Part shown: piece by piece, positions 46,238 through 55,565 of the stretch
Layout of the letters: the number at the start of each line of letters is the position of its first letter
Numbering within the stretch: the stretch's first letter is position 1
Assembly (NCBI GenBank): GCA_050633905.1
Contig: JBOEHJ010000023.1
Span: 43,677 to 107,676 of the forward strand
Origin: Geminicoccales bacterium
GTDB lineage: Bacteria > Pseudomonadota > Alphaproteobacteria > Geminicoccales > Geminicoccaceae
DNA: 64,000 bases
Direction: 5' to 3'
Translations under genes and position numbers: made by a program
The notes under the pieces: generated by a model
What the model was told of the DNA's origin: nothing
Databases searched by the model: none
The model's input: the letters and a program-made list of their open reading frames with translations, nothing else

Positions 46238-47893
46238 ATGAGCAATGATTTTGACCTTGGGGCCTTTTCCTGGCCGGTCTCGACCTCCCATTCTGAGACG
46301 CAACGTTGGTTCGATCAGGGCATCATCTGGTGTTTTGGTTATAACCACGAGGAGGCGATTGCCTGTTTCGAGAAGGCGCTTGAACATGATCCCGATTGCG
46401 CCCTAGCTCGTTTCGGTATCGCCTACGCAATTGGCCCCAACTACAACCGCCCATGGATTCTTTTCGATCCGGCCGCCAAGGAACAAGCACTTGCTCGCGC
46501 ATTCGATGAGAGCCGGGCAGCGGAGGATTTACAGGAAAAACTGACGCCGGTTGAGCAAGCATTGGTGCATGCCCTCCTCGCTCGCTACCCCGAACGCGAT
46601 CCGATCGAGGACCAAAGTGCCTGGGACCGTGCATTCACCGATGCGATGCGCGAGGTGTACCAAAAACATCCAGATGACCTGAACGTCCGGGCATTCTTCG
46701 CCGAAGCGATCATGAACCTAACGCCCTGGAAGATGTGGGATCTCGAAAGCGGCAAGGTCGCCGACGGCGCCGGGACTGCCGAGGCGCTTGAGGTGTTGGA
46801 AGGTGCGTTTGCCGACATCCCGACGGCTTGGGATCATCCAGGGCTACTCCATCTCTACGTCCATCTGATGGAAATGTCGCCTTTCCCCGAATGCGCCCTT
46901 CGTGCGGGCGATCGGCTGCGCCAATTGGTGCCGGATGCCGGACATCTGATTCATATGCCGACCCATATCGATGTGCTCTGCGGTCACTATGCCGATGTGG
47001 TGCACTGGAACCAGAAAGCCACGGAGGCTGACCGCAAATTTTTGGCACGCGAGGGGCCGATGAATTTCTACTCGGCCTATCGCATTCACAATTATCACTT
47101 CACGATTTACGGCGCGATGTTTCTTGGCCAATACGCGCCCGCGATCAGTGCTGCGGAGGAGTTAATCGAGACCATGCCGGAGGAACTGCTCCGGCTGGAA
47201 TCGCCGCCGATGGCCGATCATCTCGAGGGCTATCTTTCGATGAAGCAGCATGTGCTGGTGCGTTTTGGGCGTTGGCAGGCGATTCTCGATCAAGAGCTCC
47301 CGGCGGATCGCGATCTCTACCGTTGCACCACCGCGATGATGCATTACGCCAGGGGAGTGGCCCATTCAGCCCTCGGCCAGATCGATGACGCCGAGGCCAC
47401 GCGAGAACTTTTTTTAGCGGCAAAGATGGATGTTCCCGACACGCGGCGGGTGCATAACAACATCGTGCCGGATCTACTCGCAATCGGTGAGGCGATGCTC
47501 GAGGGTGAGCTTGAATACCGAAAGGCGAACTATGATGCCGCCTTTGCCCATCTCCGCCGCTCGGTTCAGCTCGACGATGCCCTTCCGTATGACGAGCCCT
47601 GGGGCTGGATGCAGCCGACCCGCCATGCTCTCGGCGCACTCCTGCTCGAACAGGGTGAAGTGGAGGAAGCGGAAGCCGTCTACCGGGCGGATCTCGGCCT
47701 TGATAGCAAGCTCAGCCGAGCCTGCCAGCATCCGGACAATCTCTGGAGTCTCCATGGCCTGCATGAATGCCTGAAACGGCGCGGCGAAAAGACCGAGATC
47801 AGGCTTATCAAGCAACGCCTCGATCTCACCTCCGCCAGAGCCGATGTTCCGATCAAGGCGTCTTGCTTCTGCCGCCTGACTAAAGAGGCCTGA
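46238..47893 (+). CDS. TPR-repeat protein (conserved hypothetical)
   Basis: EEAIACFEKALEHDPDCALARFGIAYA is TPR-like, and the protein is helical throughout its 551 aa. The ATG at 46238 lies behind GAGG. Confidence 0.7.
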   Translation: MSNDFDLGAFSWPVSTSHSETQRWFDQGIIWCFGYNHEEAIACFEKALEHDPDCALARFGIAYAIGPNYNRPWILFDPAAKEQALARAFDESRAAEDLQEKLTPVEQALVHALLARYPERDPIEDQSAWDRAFTDAMREVYQKHPDDLNVRAFFAEAIMNLTPWKMWDLESGKVADGAGTAEALEVLEGAFADIPTAWDHPGLLHLYVHLMEMSPFPECALRAGDRLRQLVPDAGHLIHMPTHIDVLCGHYADVVHWNQKATEADRKFLAREGPMNFYSAYRIHNYHFTIYGAMFLGQYAPAISAAEELIETMPEELLRLESPPMADHLEGYLSMKQHVLVRFGRWQAILDQELPADRDLYRCTTAMMHYARGVAHSALGQIDDAEATRELFLAAKMDVPDTRRVHNNIVPDLLAIGEAMLEGELEYRKANYDAAFAHLRRSVQLDDALPYDEPWGWMQPTRHALGALLLEQGEVEEAEAVYRADLGLDSKLSRACQHPDNLWSLHGLHECLKRRGEKTEIRLIKQRLDLTSARADVPIKASCFCRLTKEA

Positions 47894-48026
47894 CGCGGAA
47901 CGCTGCCTCGACGATCTTGATGCCAGCCAATTCATTAGGAATCGCGCGCTTGGGTTGATGATATCAAAAAGTAGAGTAAAACCTACAGAACAATCAATTC
48001 AAAGTTGCTTTGGTGAGAATGATGGA

Positions 48027-48683
48027 ATGACTGGTTTGTTCGTCAGCGTGGCCCAGATGAAGGGTGGTGTGGGAAAATCCACGCTCACGGCGCAACTTGC
48101 TGTCGCATGTGCTGCACAGGGTTACAAGTCCAAAATTGTCGACATCGATCGGCAAGCGAGCTTGCTTGCATGGGCAGGTTTGCGTGATCAACTGACGTTG
48201 AAAATCGTGAAGGAGGTCAGCGTCGAGCAAGGCTCCGGCTGGCGCCTTCCCTATATTTCGGCGCGGCTCTTAGACGAATGCGATCTTCTCTTCGTCGATG
48301 GCGCCTCCGGGCGCGACGATGATTTTGCAGCCATGACCGAGATCGCCGATCTTGTCTTGATCCCTTGCCAACCAACGGCATTAGATCTTTGGGCGACGAA
48401 AACGCTGTTAGTGAGCAATCCTGGTCTACGGAGCAAAGCCCTGGTCGTCCTCAATCGCATGCCGCCACGGGGGAAAGCCGCGACGCTGATCCGGCAAGAA
48501 CTCGTCAAATTAGCCTGGCCCATGGCGCGCCATCATCTCGGCAACCGCCAGGCTTATGCGGCAACGCTTGGCGCTGGCCTCGGCGTTGCCGAAGTCGCAT
48601 CAGCGAGCATGGCAGGCCAGGAGATCAACGCACTTGCCGCCGAGATTATTGAGCGACTTGAAGGTGTTCAATTGGTTGCCTGA
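48027..48683 (+). CDS. ParA/MinD-like P-loop ATPase (orphan, no ParB partner in window)
   Basis: Has the deviant Walker A VAQMKGGVGKSTLTAQLA and the motifs IVDIDRQ and LLFVDGA / LVLIPCQPTALDLW. Confidence 0.8.
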   Translation: MTGLFVSVAQMKGGVGKSTLTAQLAVACAAQGYKSKIVDIDRQASLLAWAGLRDQLTLKIVKEVSVEQGSGWRLPYISARLLDECDLLFVDGASGRDDDFAAMTEIADLVLIPCQPTALDLWATKTLLVSNPGLRSKALVVLNRMPPRGKAATLIRQELVKLAWPMARHHLGNRQAYAATLGAGLGVAEVASASMAGQEINALAAEIIERLEGVQLVA

Positions 48684-48791
48684 ACAGCCGGGGAAGCGGC
48701 TTGCTTCCGAACAACACGATGACGGGCTTTTCTTTGCCTTCGATGCGATGACTTGACCAGTCGCTAATAAAAAAATAAGGGAGATACGCCC

Positions 48792-49235
48792 ATGCGATCG
48801 GTTTCTTGGCTTGCCAGTCTACTTCTTTGCGCGGGTATGGTGGCGTTTGCGGCTGATGCACCGCCTATTGCCATCATTGACAGCACAACACCAACGGAAG
48901 AACTTCCCGTCAAGCCTGGAGTTTACGTAGGCCAGACCATCACCTTCGACGACGCCCATGAAGGTGAAACCGTGGTTCGCGCTGGCGTTTGGGAGGCCGA
49001 TGTCAGCAAGACCAGGCTGATCGATTATCCGTTCACTGAATGCGTGTTGATGATCAGCGGACGTCTGGTGATCACGAATGAGGATGGTTCGAGTAATGAG
49101 TTCGTCGCCGGCGATACCTTCGTCATGCCGAGGGGATGGACGGGTATTTGGGATATTCGCGAGCGGATGAAGGAGCAGATGGTTCAGGTTGGCGATCCAA
49201 CTGCGAAGCCGAAAGGCGAGCCCGTCACCGACTGA
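48792..49235 (+). CDS. Secreted cupin (DUF861 / cupin_3, EutQ-like)
   Basis: Signal peptide MRSVSWLASLLLCAGMVAFAA, and ECVLMISGRLVITNEDGSSNEFVAGDTFVMPRGWTGIWDI matches cupin_3. Confidence 0.7.
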   Translation: MRSVSWLASLLLCAGMVAFAADAPPIAIIDSTTPTEELPVKPGVYVGQTITFDDAHEGETVVRAGVWEADVSKTRLIDYPFTECVLMISGRLVITNEDGSSNEFVAGDTFVMPRGWTGIWDIRERMKEQMVQVGDPTAKPKGEPVTD

Positions 49236-50025
49236 TAACCGAAGACGTCAAATACGCTGATTGTGAACCGTCCTTGCCTGCTACGTTTTCCCAGGCGATT
49301 AAGCCCTGACGCTACACCACCAATGATGCCACCGATACAACGGTCAGCATGGTGATGATGGTCAAGATGCAGTGGCGGCTGACTTTGCTTGGTTGATTAA
49401 GGAACGGCTGCATGGGAGGTTCCGGCATTCAGGTTGTTCGACGCATGATTTTGAATTTATGCCAATCTCGTATCGAACCCGTTTCCTTGAACAATGAAGA
49501 TTGGCTGAAGAGATAACCCAATCTTTACGAAGCGCAATGTAATCTGCCTAACGATCAACCCGGACCGTAACACTGATGATTTCGTTTCACGCAAAGGTCT
49601 GCCAAATGCCCCCAAAGCCAAGGTCGCCTGTTGGTGTGATATCAAGCTTGCCTCATGCCTTCGGCGAAGCCCCTAAAGATACCCGCCCCATTTGCCGCGA
49701 CCGTCCAGCGGGGCAACGCTTGGCTGGATTCCTGTACCTGCTCCAGATTGCCGCTGAATATCGGCAGCACTGAGGCCCAGCAATAGGGCCAGAATAACTG
49801 CGGCAATGGATATCGCCCAGGCTGATTTGGATGCCGTTGCATTTGTTCCGCTCTGACATCCAGGAGTGAAATGTGTTGTCGCCATGTTCTTCATCCATTC
49901 AGGAGGTGGTAGGGGGCGGGTTGATCGTTGAGGCCTGACTCGTCTTTACCGGCCCTGAAAACCTGGCCGCAGACAATCGATCCAGGCACTATCAGCGGAC
50001 ATCAAATGAAGTGGCCTATGCCACC

Positions 50026-50265
50026 CTATCTTGGATCCAGACCCTGGGTGTCCCAAAATGGGCGCGATGCCTCATGATCGACATCGCGACGGCTGATGCC
50101 GATATCCTTCAGCGCATGGTCGTCAAGTGAGCGCAGATGCTGCCGCTCGCGCATAAGATCCCGCCAGAGCAGGAGACGACGTACGAGAACAGGAAGCCAG
50201 CTTGTCCGGCGGCCAACATTGTCCTGGTCTCGATGCTGGTAGCTACGCCATTGAGTTGATGTCAT
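50026..50265 (-). CDS. DUF1127-domain small protein (pair 2)
   Basis: RRLLLWRDLMRERQHLRSLDDHALKDIGISRRDV carries the DUF1127 signature. The ATG at 50265 is preceded by GGAGG. It is divergent from a LysR gene. Confidence 0.75.
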   Translation of the reverse strand: MTSTQWRSYQHRDQDNVGRRTSWLPVLVRRLLLWRDLMRERQHLRSLDDHALKDIGISRRDVDHEASRPFWDTQGLDPR

Positions 50266-50392
50266 CGGTGCCTCCATCGCTGTCTGTCAGCTCAATCTGC
50301 AGGATAACGGCTTATAATAAAATCTAATTATTGTTATGGGATCGTTCACGTATTATGATGAAAATAGAGCATCAACGACGGGATTGGTGACC

Positions 50393-51259
50393 ATGAGGAA
50401 TCTTGATACAACCTTGTTGCGAAGCTTTCTTGCGGTGGTCGACGCCGACGGTGTCACGAAAGCAGCCGCTTTGCTGCATCTCACCCAGGCGGCCGTCAGC
50501 CAGCATGTCAAACGGCTGGAGGATGTCTTGGGTCAACCCTTGTTCCTGCGGGATGGCAAACGGCTTCATTTGAGCGCTGCTGGCGAGCGACTACTCGGTA
50601 AAGCACGTGAGTTCATGGCGATGAACGACGATATCTGGACCATGATGACCGCTCCTGAATTCGTCGGCGAGCTCCGGCTTGGCGTGCCTCATGATATCGT
50701 CATGCCGCTGATACCGCCTGTTCTTCGGCGCTTCGATGCCGACTTCCCGCGTGTCAATGTGGTCATCATTTCGAAATCCAGCCAGGACCTTTTGTCCGAC
50801 CTAGAGAGCGGTGCGATCGACCTTTGTCTGACAACGGAACAGCGACTTGGCCGAGGAGGCGAACGGCTTTATGTCGAGCCGCTGGTATGGGTAACGACGC
50901 GCGCCGGCTGTGCCTGGCAGCGGGATCCCCTGCCGATCGCGCTCGGCGATGAGCATTGCGCGTTTCGTGAACCGATGCTGGATGCGTTGAGCAAGGCCGG
51001 TCGATCCTGGCGTATTGTCAGTGCTTCCGAAGACAGCACGGCCGGCCATGCGGTAGTCGCCGCCGACATCGCGGTCTGCACCTATCTGTCCTCGTCGATC
51101 CCGGCCGATTTTGAAGCGTTGCCTCCCGGCACCCTGCCGGAGCTCCCGCAGTTCGGTGTCAATCTCTATCTGGCCAGCGCTAATCTTTCACCTAGTGCCA
51201 CCGAAATGGCGCGCTATCTGCGCGAAGCCCTAGGCCCTGGGCGCGCTAAAGCCGCCTAG
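50393..51259 (+). CDS. LysR-family transcriptional regulator (pair 2, paralog of 35772..36665)
   Basis: The HTH is LLRSFLAVVDADGVTKAAALLHLTQAAVSQHVKRLEDVLGQPLFLRDGKR. The effector domain aligns with pair 1 (EPLVWV...AW.R.PLP.AL...C..R...LD.L..AG.S.RI). Confidence 0.9.
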   Translation: MRNLDTTLLRSFLAVVDADGVTKAAALLHLTQAAVSQHVKRLEDVLGQPLFLRDGKRLHLSAAGERLLGKAREFMAMNDDIWTMMTAPEFVGELRLGVPHDIVMPLIPPVLRRFDADFPRVNVVIISKSSQDLLSDLESGAIDLCLTTEQRLGRGGERLYVEPLVWVTTRAGCAWQRDPLPIALGDEHCAFREPMLDALSKAGRSWRIVSASEDSTAGHAVVAADIAVCTYLSSSIPADFEALPPGTLPELPQFGVNLYLASANLSPSATEMARYLREALGPGRAKAA

Positions 51260-51354
51260 TGGCATGGCCACATCATGTGGTTGGGACCGCTTTTGGAGGA
51301 CGTGCCTGGTTTTCGTGGGGTATGCGGACATTTCTTGATGAATGTTCGGGAGCC
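51257..51354 (+). repeat. REP/RIME-like palindromic intergenic element, copy R4
   Basis: TAGTGGCATGGCCACATCATGTGG...GGGGTATGCGGACATTTCTTGATGAATGTTCGGGAGCC starts on the LysR stop codon. Confidence 0.8.
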
Positions 51355-51720
51355 GGCGCTACCGAACGGACGCCTTGGCTTTTGATGACTTTAATTTAGA
51401 TCTGCCTTGTTCTCGCAAGGATTGACTTGCTTGTATCGATGGCATGCCGTTAGATAATACAATGCGAACTGCGTTGACTAAGGAGAATTTCATGAGGGTC
51501 GAAATCATTATTCAAGCTGGTCAAGGACCACGCTGACACGAAGGTTAATTTAGTCGACCGGCGTCACGTTTAGCGCCGTCTCACCCCTCCCCTTCGCGTC
51601 ACTCTAGCGTTCAAAAATCTCGACCAGCTCCTGGCCAGGCTGATCAGCGTCGCCGATCAGCTAACCCTAGCTTACGACCATCACGCCCCTCGATGAGAGG
51701 GCAAAAAGCTGATCGAGATC

Positions 51721-52782
51721 ATGACCGAACTATCAATGGATTTGACCGACTACGGTTGGTCACCCCACTTTCAATCCCAACTCGACCTAACCGATCTGGA
51801 AACCACAGCGCCTGTCCGCGTCCTTGCCATTCACCGTGGGATGATCGAGGTGGCAGGACCTTCCTTTGCCGGCAAGGTCGACACCGTTCTGTTGAATGAG
51901 GCTGATGACGAAGGGCGCGCAACGGTGGGCGACTGGCTGCTGCTCGACCGGTCGACCGACCGACCGGTGCGATTGCTGGAGCGACGAAGCCTGTTCAAGC
52001 GCAAGGCCCCAGGCACGGCGCACACGATCCAGCTGATCGCCGCCAACGTCGACACACTCCTGATCGTTTCTTCCTGCAATCAGGATTTCAACCAGGCACG
52101 GCTGGAACGTTATCTGGCACTGGCGCGAGAAGCCGAGGTGCAGCCGATTGTCGTTCTGACCAAGGCCGACCTTGTCGGCGATCCGAGTATCTATGTGGCC
52201 AAAGCCGCGAAGCTCCTGCCGGGACTCTTGGTTGAATGTCTCGATGCGCGATCGGTGACCGATGTCGCGGTCCTTAAGCCTTGGTGTGAGCACGGCCAGA
52301 CGGTGGCGCTGCTCGGCTCATCCGGCGTCGGCAAATCAACTCTCACCAACGCTCTGATCGGTGACGAGATCCAAGTCACAAAAAACATCAGGGAGGATGA
52401 CGACAAGGGGCGGCATACCACCACCGGACGTTCGCTGCATCGCCTGCCGAGCGGTGGCTGGCTGTTGGATACGCCGGGGATGCGCGAGCTCCAGCTAACC
52501 GACGCTGAAAGCGGTTTGGAGGACGTGTTTGCCGATATCGTCGAACTCGCGGCAGGCTGCCGCTTTGCCGATTGTGCTCACCAAGGAGAGCCCGGTTGTG
52601 CTGTCTTCGCCGCCATTGAATGCGGGGATCTCGATCCGGACCGGCTGAAACGCTTTCGCAAGCTGATTGCCGAGAACGCCAAGAACCAGGCGAGCATCGC
52701 TGAGCGCCGATCGAGCGATCGTGCCTTCGGCAAGATGGTCAAGGGTGCCATGAAAGAGAAACAGGGACGACAACGGCGCTGA
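51721..52782 (+). CDS. rsgA: Ribosome small-subunit-dependent GTPase A
   Basis: Circularly permuted GTPase motifs VLTKADL (G4), LLGSSGVGKSTLTN (G1) and DTPGMRE (G3), with the C-terminal zinc site CRFADCAHQGEPGCAV. Confidence 0.9.
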   Translation: MTELSMDLTDYGWSPHFQSQLDLTDLETTAPVRVLAIHRGMIEVAGPSFAGKVDTVLLNEADDEGRATVGDWLLLDRSTDRPVRLLERRSLFKRKAPGTAHTIQLIAANVDTLLIVSSCNQDFNQARLERYLALAREAEVQPIVVLTKADLVGDPSIYVAKAAKLLPGLLVECLDARSVTDVAVLKPWCEHGQTVALLGSSGVGKSTLTNALIGDEIQVTKNIREDDDKGRHTTTGRSLHRLPSGGWLLDTPGMRELQLTDAESGLEDVFADIVELAAGCRFADCAHQGEPGCAVFAAIECGDLDPDRLKRFRKLIAENAKNQASIAERRSSDRAFGKMVKGAMKEKQGRQRR

Positions 52783-52823
52783 GGCGGAACCCGCAATAGC
52801 GTCCAACGCCTTGGCCTCCTAAG

Positions 52824-53402
52824 ATGGTCCAACTGATGAAAGGCATAGCCATGCCCACGAACGAGGACGTCACCGACATGACCAATCAGCCGGCGGTCAA
52901 GGCTCATCTGTTCGATGCCGTCGAGGAAATCCCCAACAACCCGGTGTTGCCGTTGCTCATCTATGAAGCGGTGCTCGATCTTGATGACCCCGACGCTGCA
53001 GGCCGTTGCATCGAGCGCTTCGCTACACATGGCTGGCATGGTGCCTGGCGCAACGGGGTTTTTCCATTTCCACACTATCATAGCAACGTCCACGAGGTGC
53101 TTGGCATCTGCGAGGGCCAGGCAACGTTGCGGCTTGGTGGTTCCAGCGGTCTGGTGATGACCGTCAAAGCCGGGGATGCCTTGGTGCTGCCTGCAGGCAC
53201 CGGACACCAGAACCTCGGATCCAGTTCCGATTTTCTCGTTGTCGGCGCTTATCCCGACGGGATGGACTGGGATCTTTGTCACGGACAGCCAGAAGATCGT
53301 CAAACGGCAATCCACCAAATTGACGCCGTGCCCCTTCCGGATGGCGATCCCTTATTTGGGCGTGATGGCCCGCTCACACGTTTTTGGAATTGCGCGGGCT
53401 GA
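52824..53402 (+). CDS. Cupin-domain protein (YjlB-like)
   Basis: NPVLPLLIY...GWHGAWRNGVFPFPHYHSNVHEVLGICEGQATLRLGG...GDALVLPAGTGH. The start is uncertain (52824, 52836 or 52851). Confidence 0.7.
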   Translation: MVQLMKGIAMPTNEDVTDMTNQPAVKAHLFDAVEEIPNNPVLPLLIYEAVLDLDDPDAAGRCIERFATHGWHGAWRNGVFPFPHYHSNVHEVLGICEGQATLRLGGSSGLVMTVKAGDALVLPAGTGHQNLGSSSDFLVVGAYPDGMDWDLCHGQPEDRQTAIHQIDAVPLPDGDPLFGRDGPLTRFWNCAG

Positions 53403-53468
53403 GCTAAGTGATGTCAATGCCGAGGCAGAACACCCCTCCTATCAACCCACCTCGCAACGAGGCCGCGC

Positions 53469-53744
53469 ATGTGCCGGAATATCAAGACGCTCTATAACTT
53501 TGACCCGCCCGCAACGGCGGACGATGTCCGCGCTGCTTCGCTGCAATTCGTCAGGAAGCTGAGCGGCTTCAATCGGCCATCCAAGGTCAACGAACAGGCT
53601 TTCGGTGAGGCTGTGGATCAGGTGGCGCGCGCGGCTGAGCAGCTGCTTTTGTCACTTGTCACCAATGCACCCCCCCGCAATCGTGAGATCGAAAAGCAAA
53701 AGGCCCGGGCGCGCTCAGCAAACCGCTTTGCGGACCGACGATAA
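53469..53744 (+). CDS. DUF2277 family protein
   Basis: MCRNIKTLYNFDPPATADDVRAASLQFVRKLSGFNRPSKVNEQAF is the characteristic DUF2277 N-terminus. Confidence 0.75.
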   Translation: MCRNIKTLYNFDPPATADDVRAASLQFVRKLSGFNRPSKVNEQAFGEAVDQVARAAEQLLLSLVTNAPPRNREIEKQKARARSANRFADRR

Positions 53745-53883
53745 GGGCAGCGACGGCATCATCTGACCGTTAGGAGATGGCTCGAATTGCTGTGGCTTGT
53801 CAACGCGCCTCGTTTCATGTGAAGCTCAAAATCAGGAAATAGCGAAGGCATAACAAAATGCCTGAACTTTCAGGAGGCTCAAC

Positions 53884-54879
53884 ATGGTCCGCCATCATAT
53901 GCTAACTGCAGCCGCAGCGCTGCTGTTCTCAACGTCGCTCGTATCCGCCCAAGACATTACCCTCAAAGCGTCCCATCAGTGGCCCGGTGGCAAAGGCGAT
54001 GTACGCGACGAGATGGTGCAAATCATCGCTAAAGAAGTCAGTGCTGCCAATGTCGGGATAGATGTCAGAGTTTATCCGGGTAAGTCGCTCTTTAAACCGC
54101 GCGAGCAGTGGGATGCGATGGTCAAAGGCCAGCTCGACATCTCGGCGTTTCCACTCGACTACGCCTCAGGCAAGCACCCGCAATTCAGCTCGACCCTGAT
54201 GCCAGGGTTGGTGAAGAACCACGACCACGCCAAGCGCCTGAACGACAGCCCATTCATGGACGACATCAAAGCGATCATAGATGAAGCTGGCATCGTCGTG
54301 CTCTCAGACGCCTGGCTGGCCGGCGGTTTCGCCTCCAGCAAGGCCTGCATCCTCGACCCCGCCGACGCTGACGGCCAGGTGCTGCGCGCGGCAGGCCCCG
54401 CTTTTGAGCAGATGCTGGTGGGGGCAGGCGCTTCGATCAACTCCATGCCGTCCTCTGAAATCTACACTGCCCTACAAACAGGCGTACTGGACGGTGCCAA
54501 TACCAGCTCTGGTAGTTTCGTCAGCTACCGCATCTATGAGCAGGTCCAATGTCTGACCGAACCCGGCGACTTCGCGCTTTGGTTCATGTATGAGCCGATC
54601 CTCATGTCCAAGCAGTCCTGGGAAAAGCTAACGCCCGAACAGCAGGACGCCTTGATGGCGGCTGGGCAAAAAGCGGAAGACTTCTTCTTTGATGCCGCGA
54701 AGGACCTCGATGGCAAACTGGTCGAAGCCTATGAAAAAGCCGGCGTCGAGGTCGTCTCGATGAGTGCTGAACAACACGCCGCCTGGCTCGAAATTGCCAA
54801 GGAAACATCCTACAAGAGCTTCGATGAAAACGTAGAAGGCGGCGCTGCCCTCATCGAAAAAGCCCTCGCCGTCGACTGA
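53884..54879 (+). CDS. TRAP transporter solute-binding protein (DctP family)
   Basis: It has a signal peptide. LKASHQWPGGKGDVRDEM...RVYPGKSLFKP...WDAMVKGQLDIS are DctP-like motifs. It is followed by the dctQ and dctM genes. Confidence 0.85.
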   Translation: MVRHHMLTAAAALLFSTSLVSAQDITLKASHQWPGGKGDVRDEMVQIIAKEVSAANVGIDVRVYPGKSLFKPREQWDAMVKGQLDISAFPLDYASGKHPQFSSTLMPGLVKNHDHAKRLNDSPFMDDIKAIIDEAGIVVLSDAWLAGGFASSKACILDPADADGQVLRAAGPAFEQMLVGAGASINSMPSSEIYTALQTGVLDGANTSSGSFVSYRIYEQVQCLTEPGDFALWFMYEPILMSKQSWEKLTPEQQDALMAAGQKAEDFFFDAAKDLDGKLVEAYEKAGVEVVSMSAEQHAAWLEIAKETSYKSFDENVEGGAALIEKALAVD

Positions 54880-54920
54880 CATCCCTGCCAGGGTCGGGGG
54901 GACTTGCCTGAACTTGCGAT

Positions 54921-54958
54921 GAAGATTCGAGTCGACCGTTTGGAAGGCTCGAATCTTC
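54921..54958 (+). promoter_or_regulatory. Intercistronic stem-loop between the TRAP binding-protein and permease genes
   Basis: GAAGATTCGAG (54921-54931) and CTCGAATCTTC (54948-54958) form an 11-bp perfect stem with a 16-nt loop. Confidence 0.5.
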
Positions 54959-54986
54959 GCTGCGGTTCAATCTAGGGCGCTTGCGT

Positions 54987-55565
54987 ATGATTTCATTTGT
55001 TCGCTTAGTTCGCAGGCTCTCGACATTGGGCGGGATCGTTGCGGTCGGTCTGTTGCTGGTGGCGCTGGCTACCGTCTGCCACCTGGTGTTCATGCGCTAC
55101 GTGCTGGGCGCCTCCGCCATCTGGCAGCATGAGACCGTCAGCTTCTCGTTGATCGGGGCGACCTTCATCGGCGCACCCTACGTCCTGATGACCAAAGGTC
55201 ATGTCAACGTCGACCTGCTCGATCACTACGCCAACGATCGTATGCGCCGTCTCTTGTCCATAGCCGCGTCCCTCGTGACCATCGCGTTCTGCGGCCTGAT
55301 CGCCTGGCTCAGCTACGGCTGGTGGTGGGAAGCCTGGGCAGGCGACTGGCACAACGAAACAGTCTGGGCCCCACCGCTTTGGATCCCCTACGCCGCCATG
55401 CCCATCGGCATGACCCTCCTAACCCTCCAAGCCCTCACCGAGTTGCTGTCAGCAATAGGATTGATCAAGGAACCTGCTGATAACTTGAACGAATCAACTC
55501 AAATAGGCACCGACGCCGACCAGCAAGAACAAGGTCCAGTCAAGCCATCGGGGGCTCCCCGATGA
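54987..55565 (+). CDS. TRAP transporter small permease (DctQ family)
   Basis: It has four TM segments and sits between the dctP-like and dctM-like genes. The stop overlaps the next start (ATGA). Confidence 0.8.
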   Translation: MISFVRLVRRLSTLGGIVAVGLLLVALATVCHLVFMRYVLGASAIWQHETVSFSLIGATFIGAPYVLMTKGHVNVDLLDHYANDRMRRLLSIAASLVTIAFCGLIAWLSYGWWWEAWAGDWHNETVWAPPLWIPYAAMPIGMTLLTLQALTELLSAIGLIKEPADNLNESTQIGTDADQQEQGPVKPSGAPR

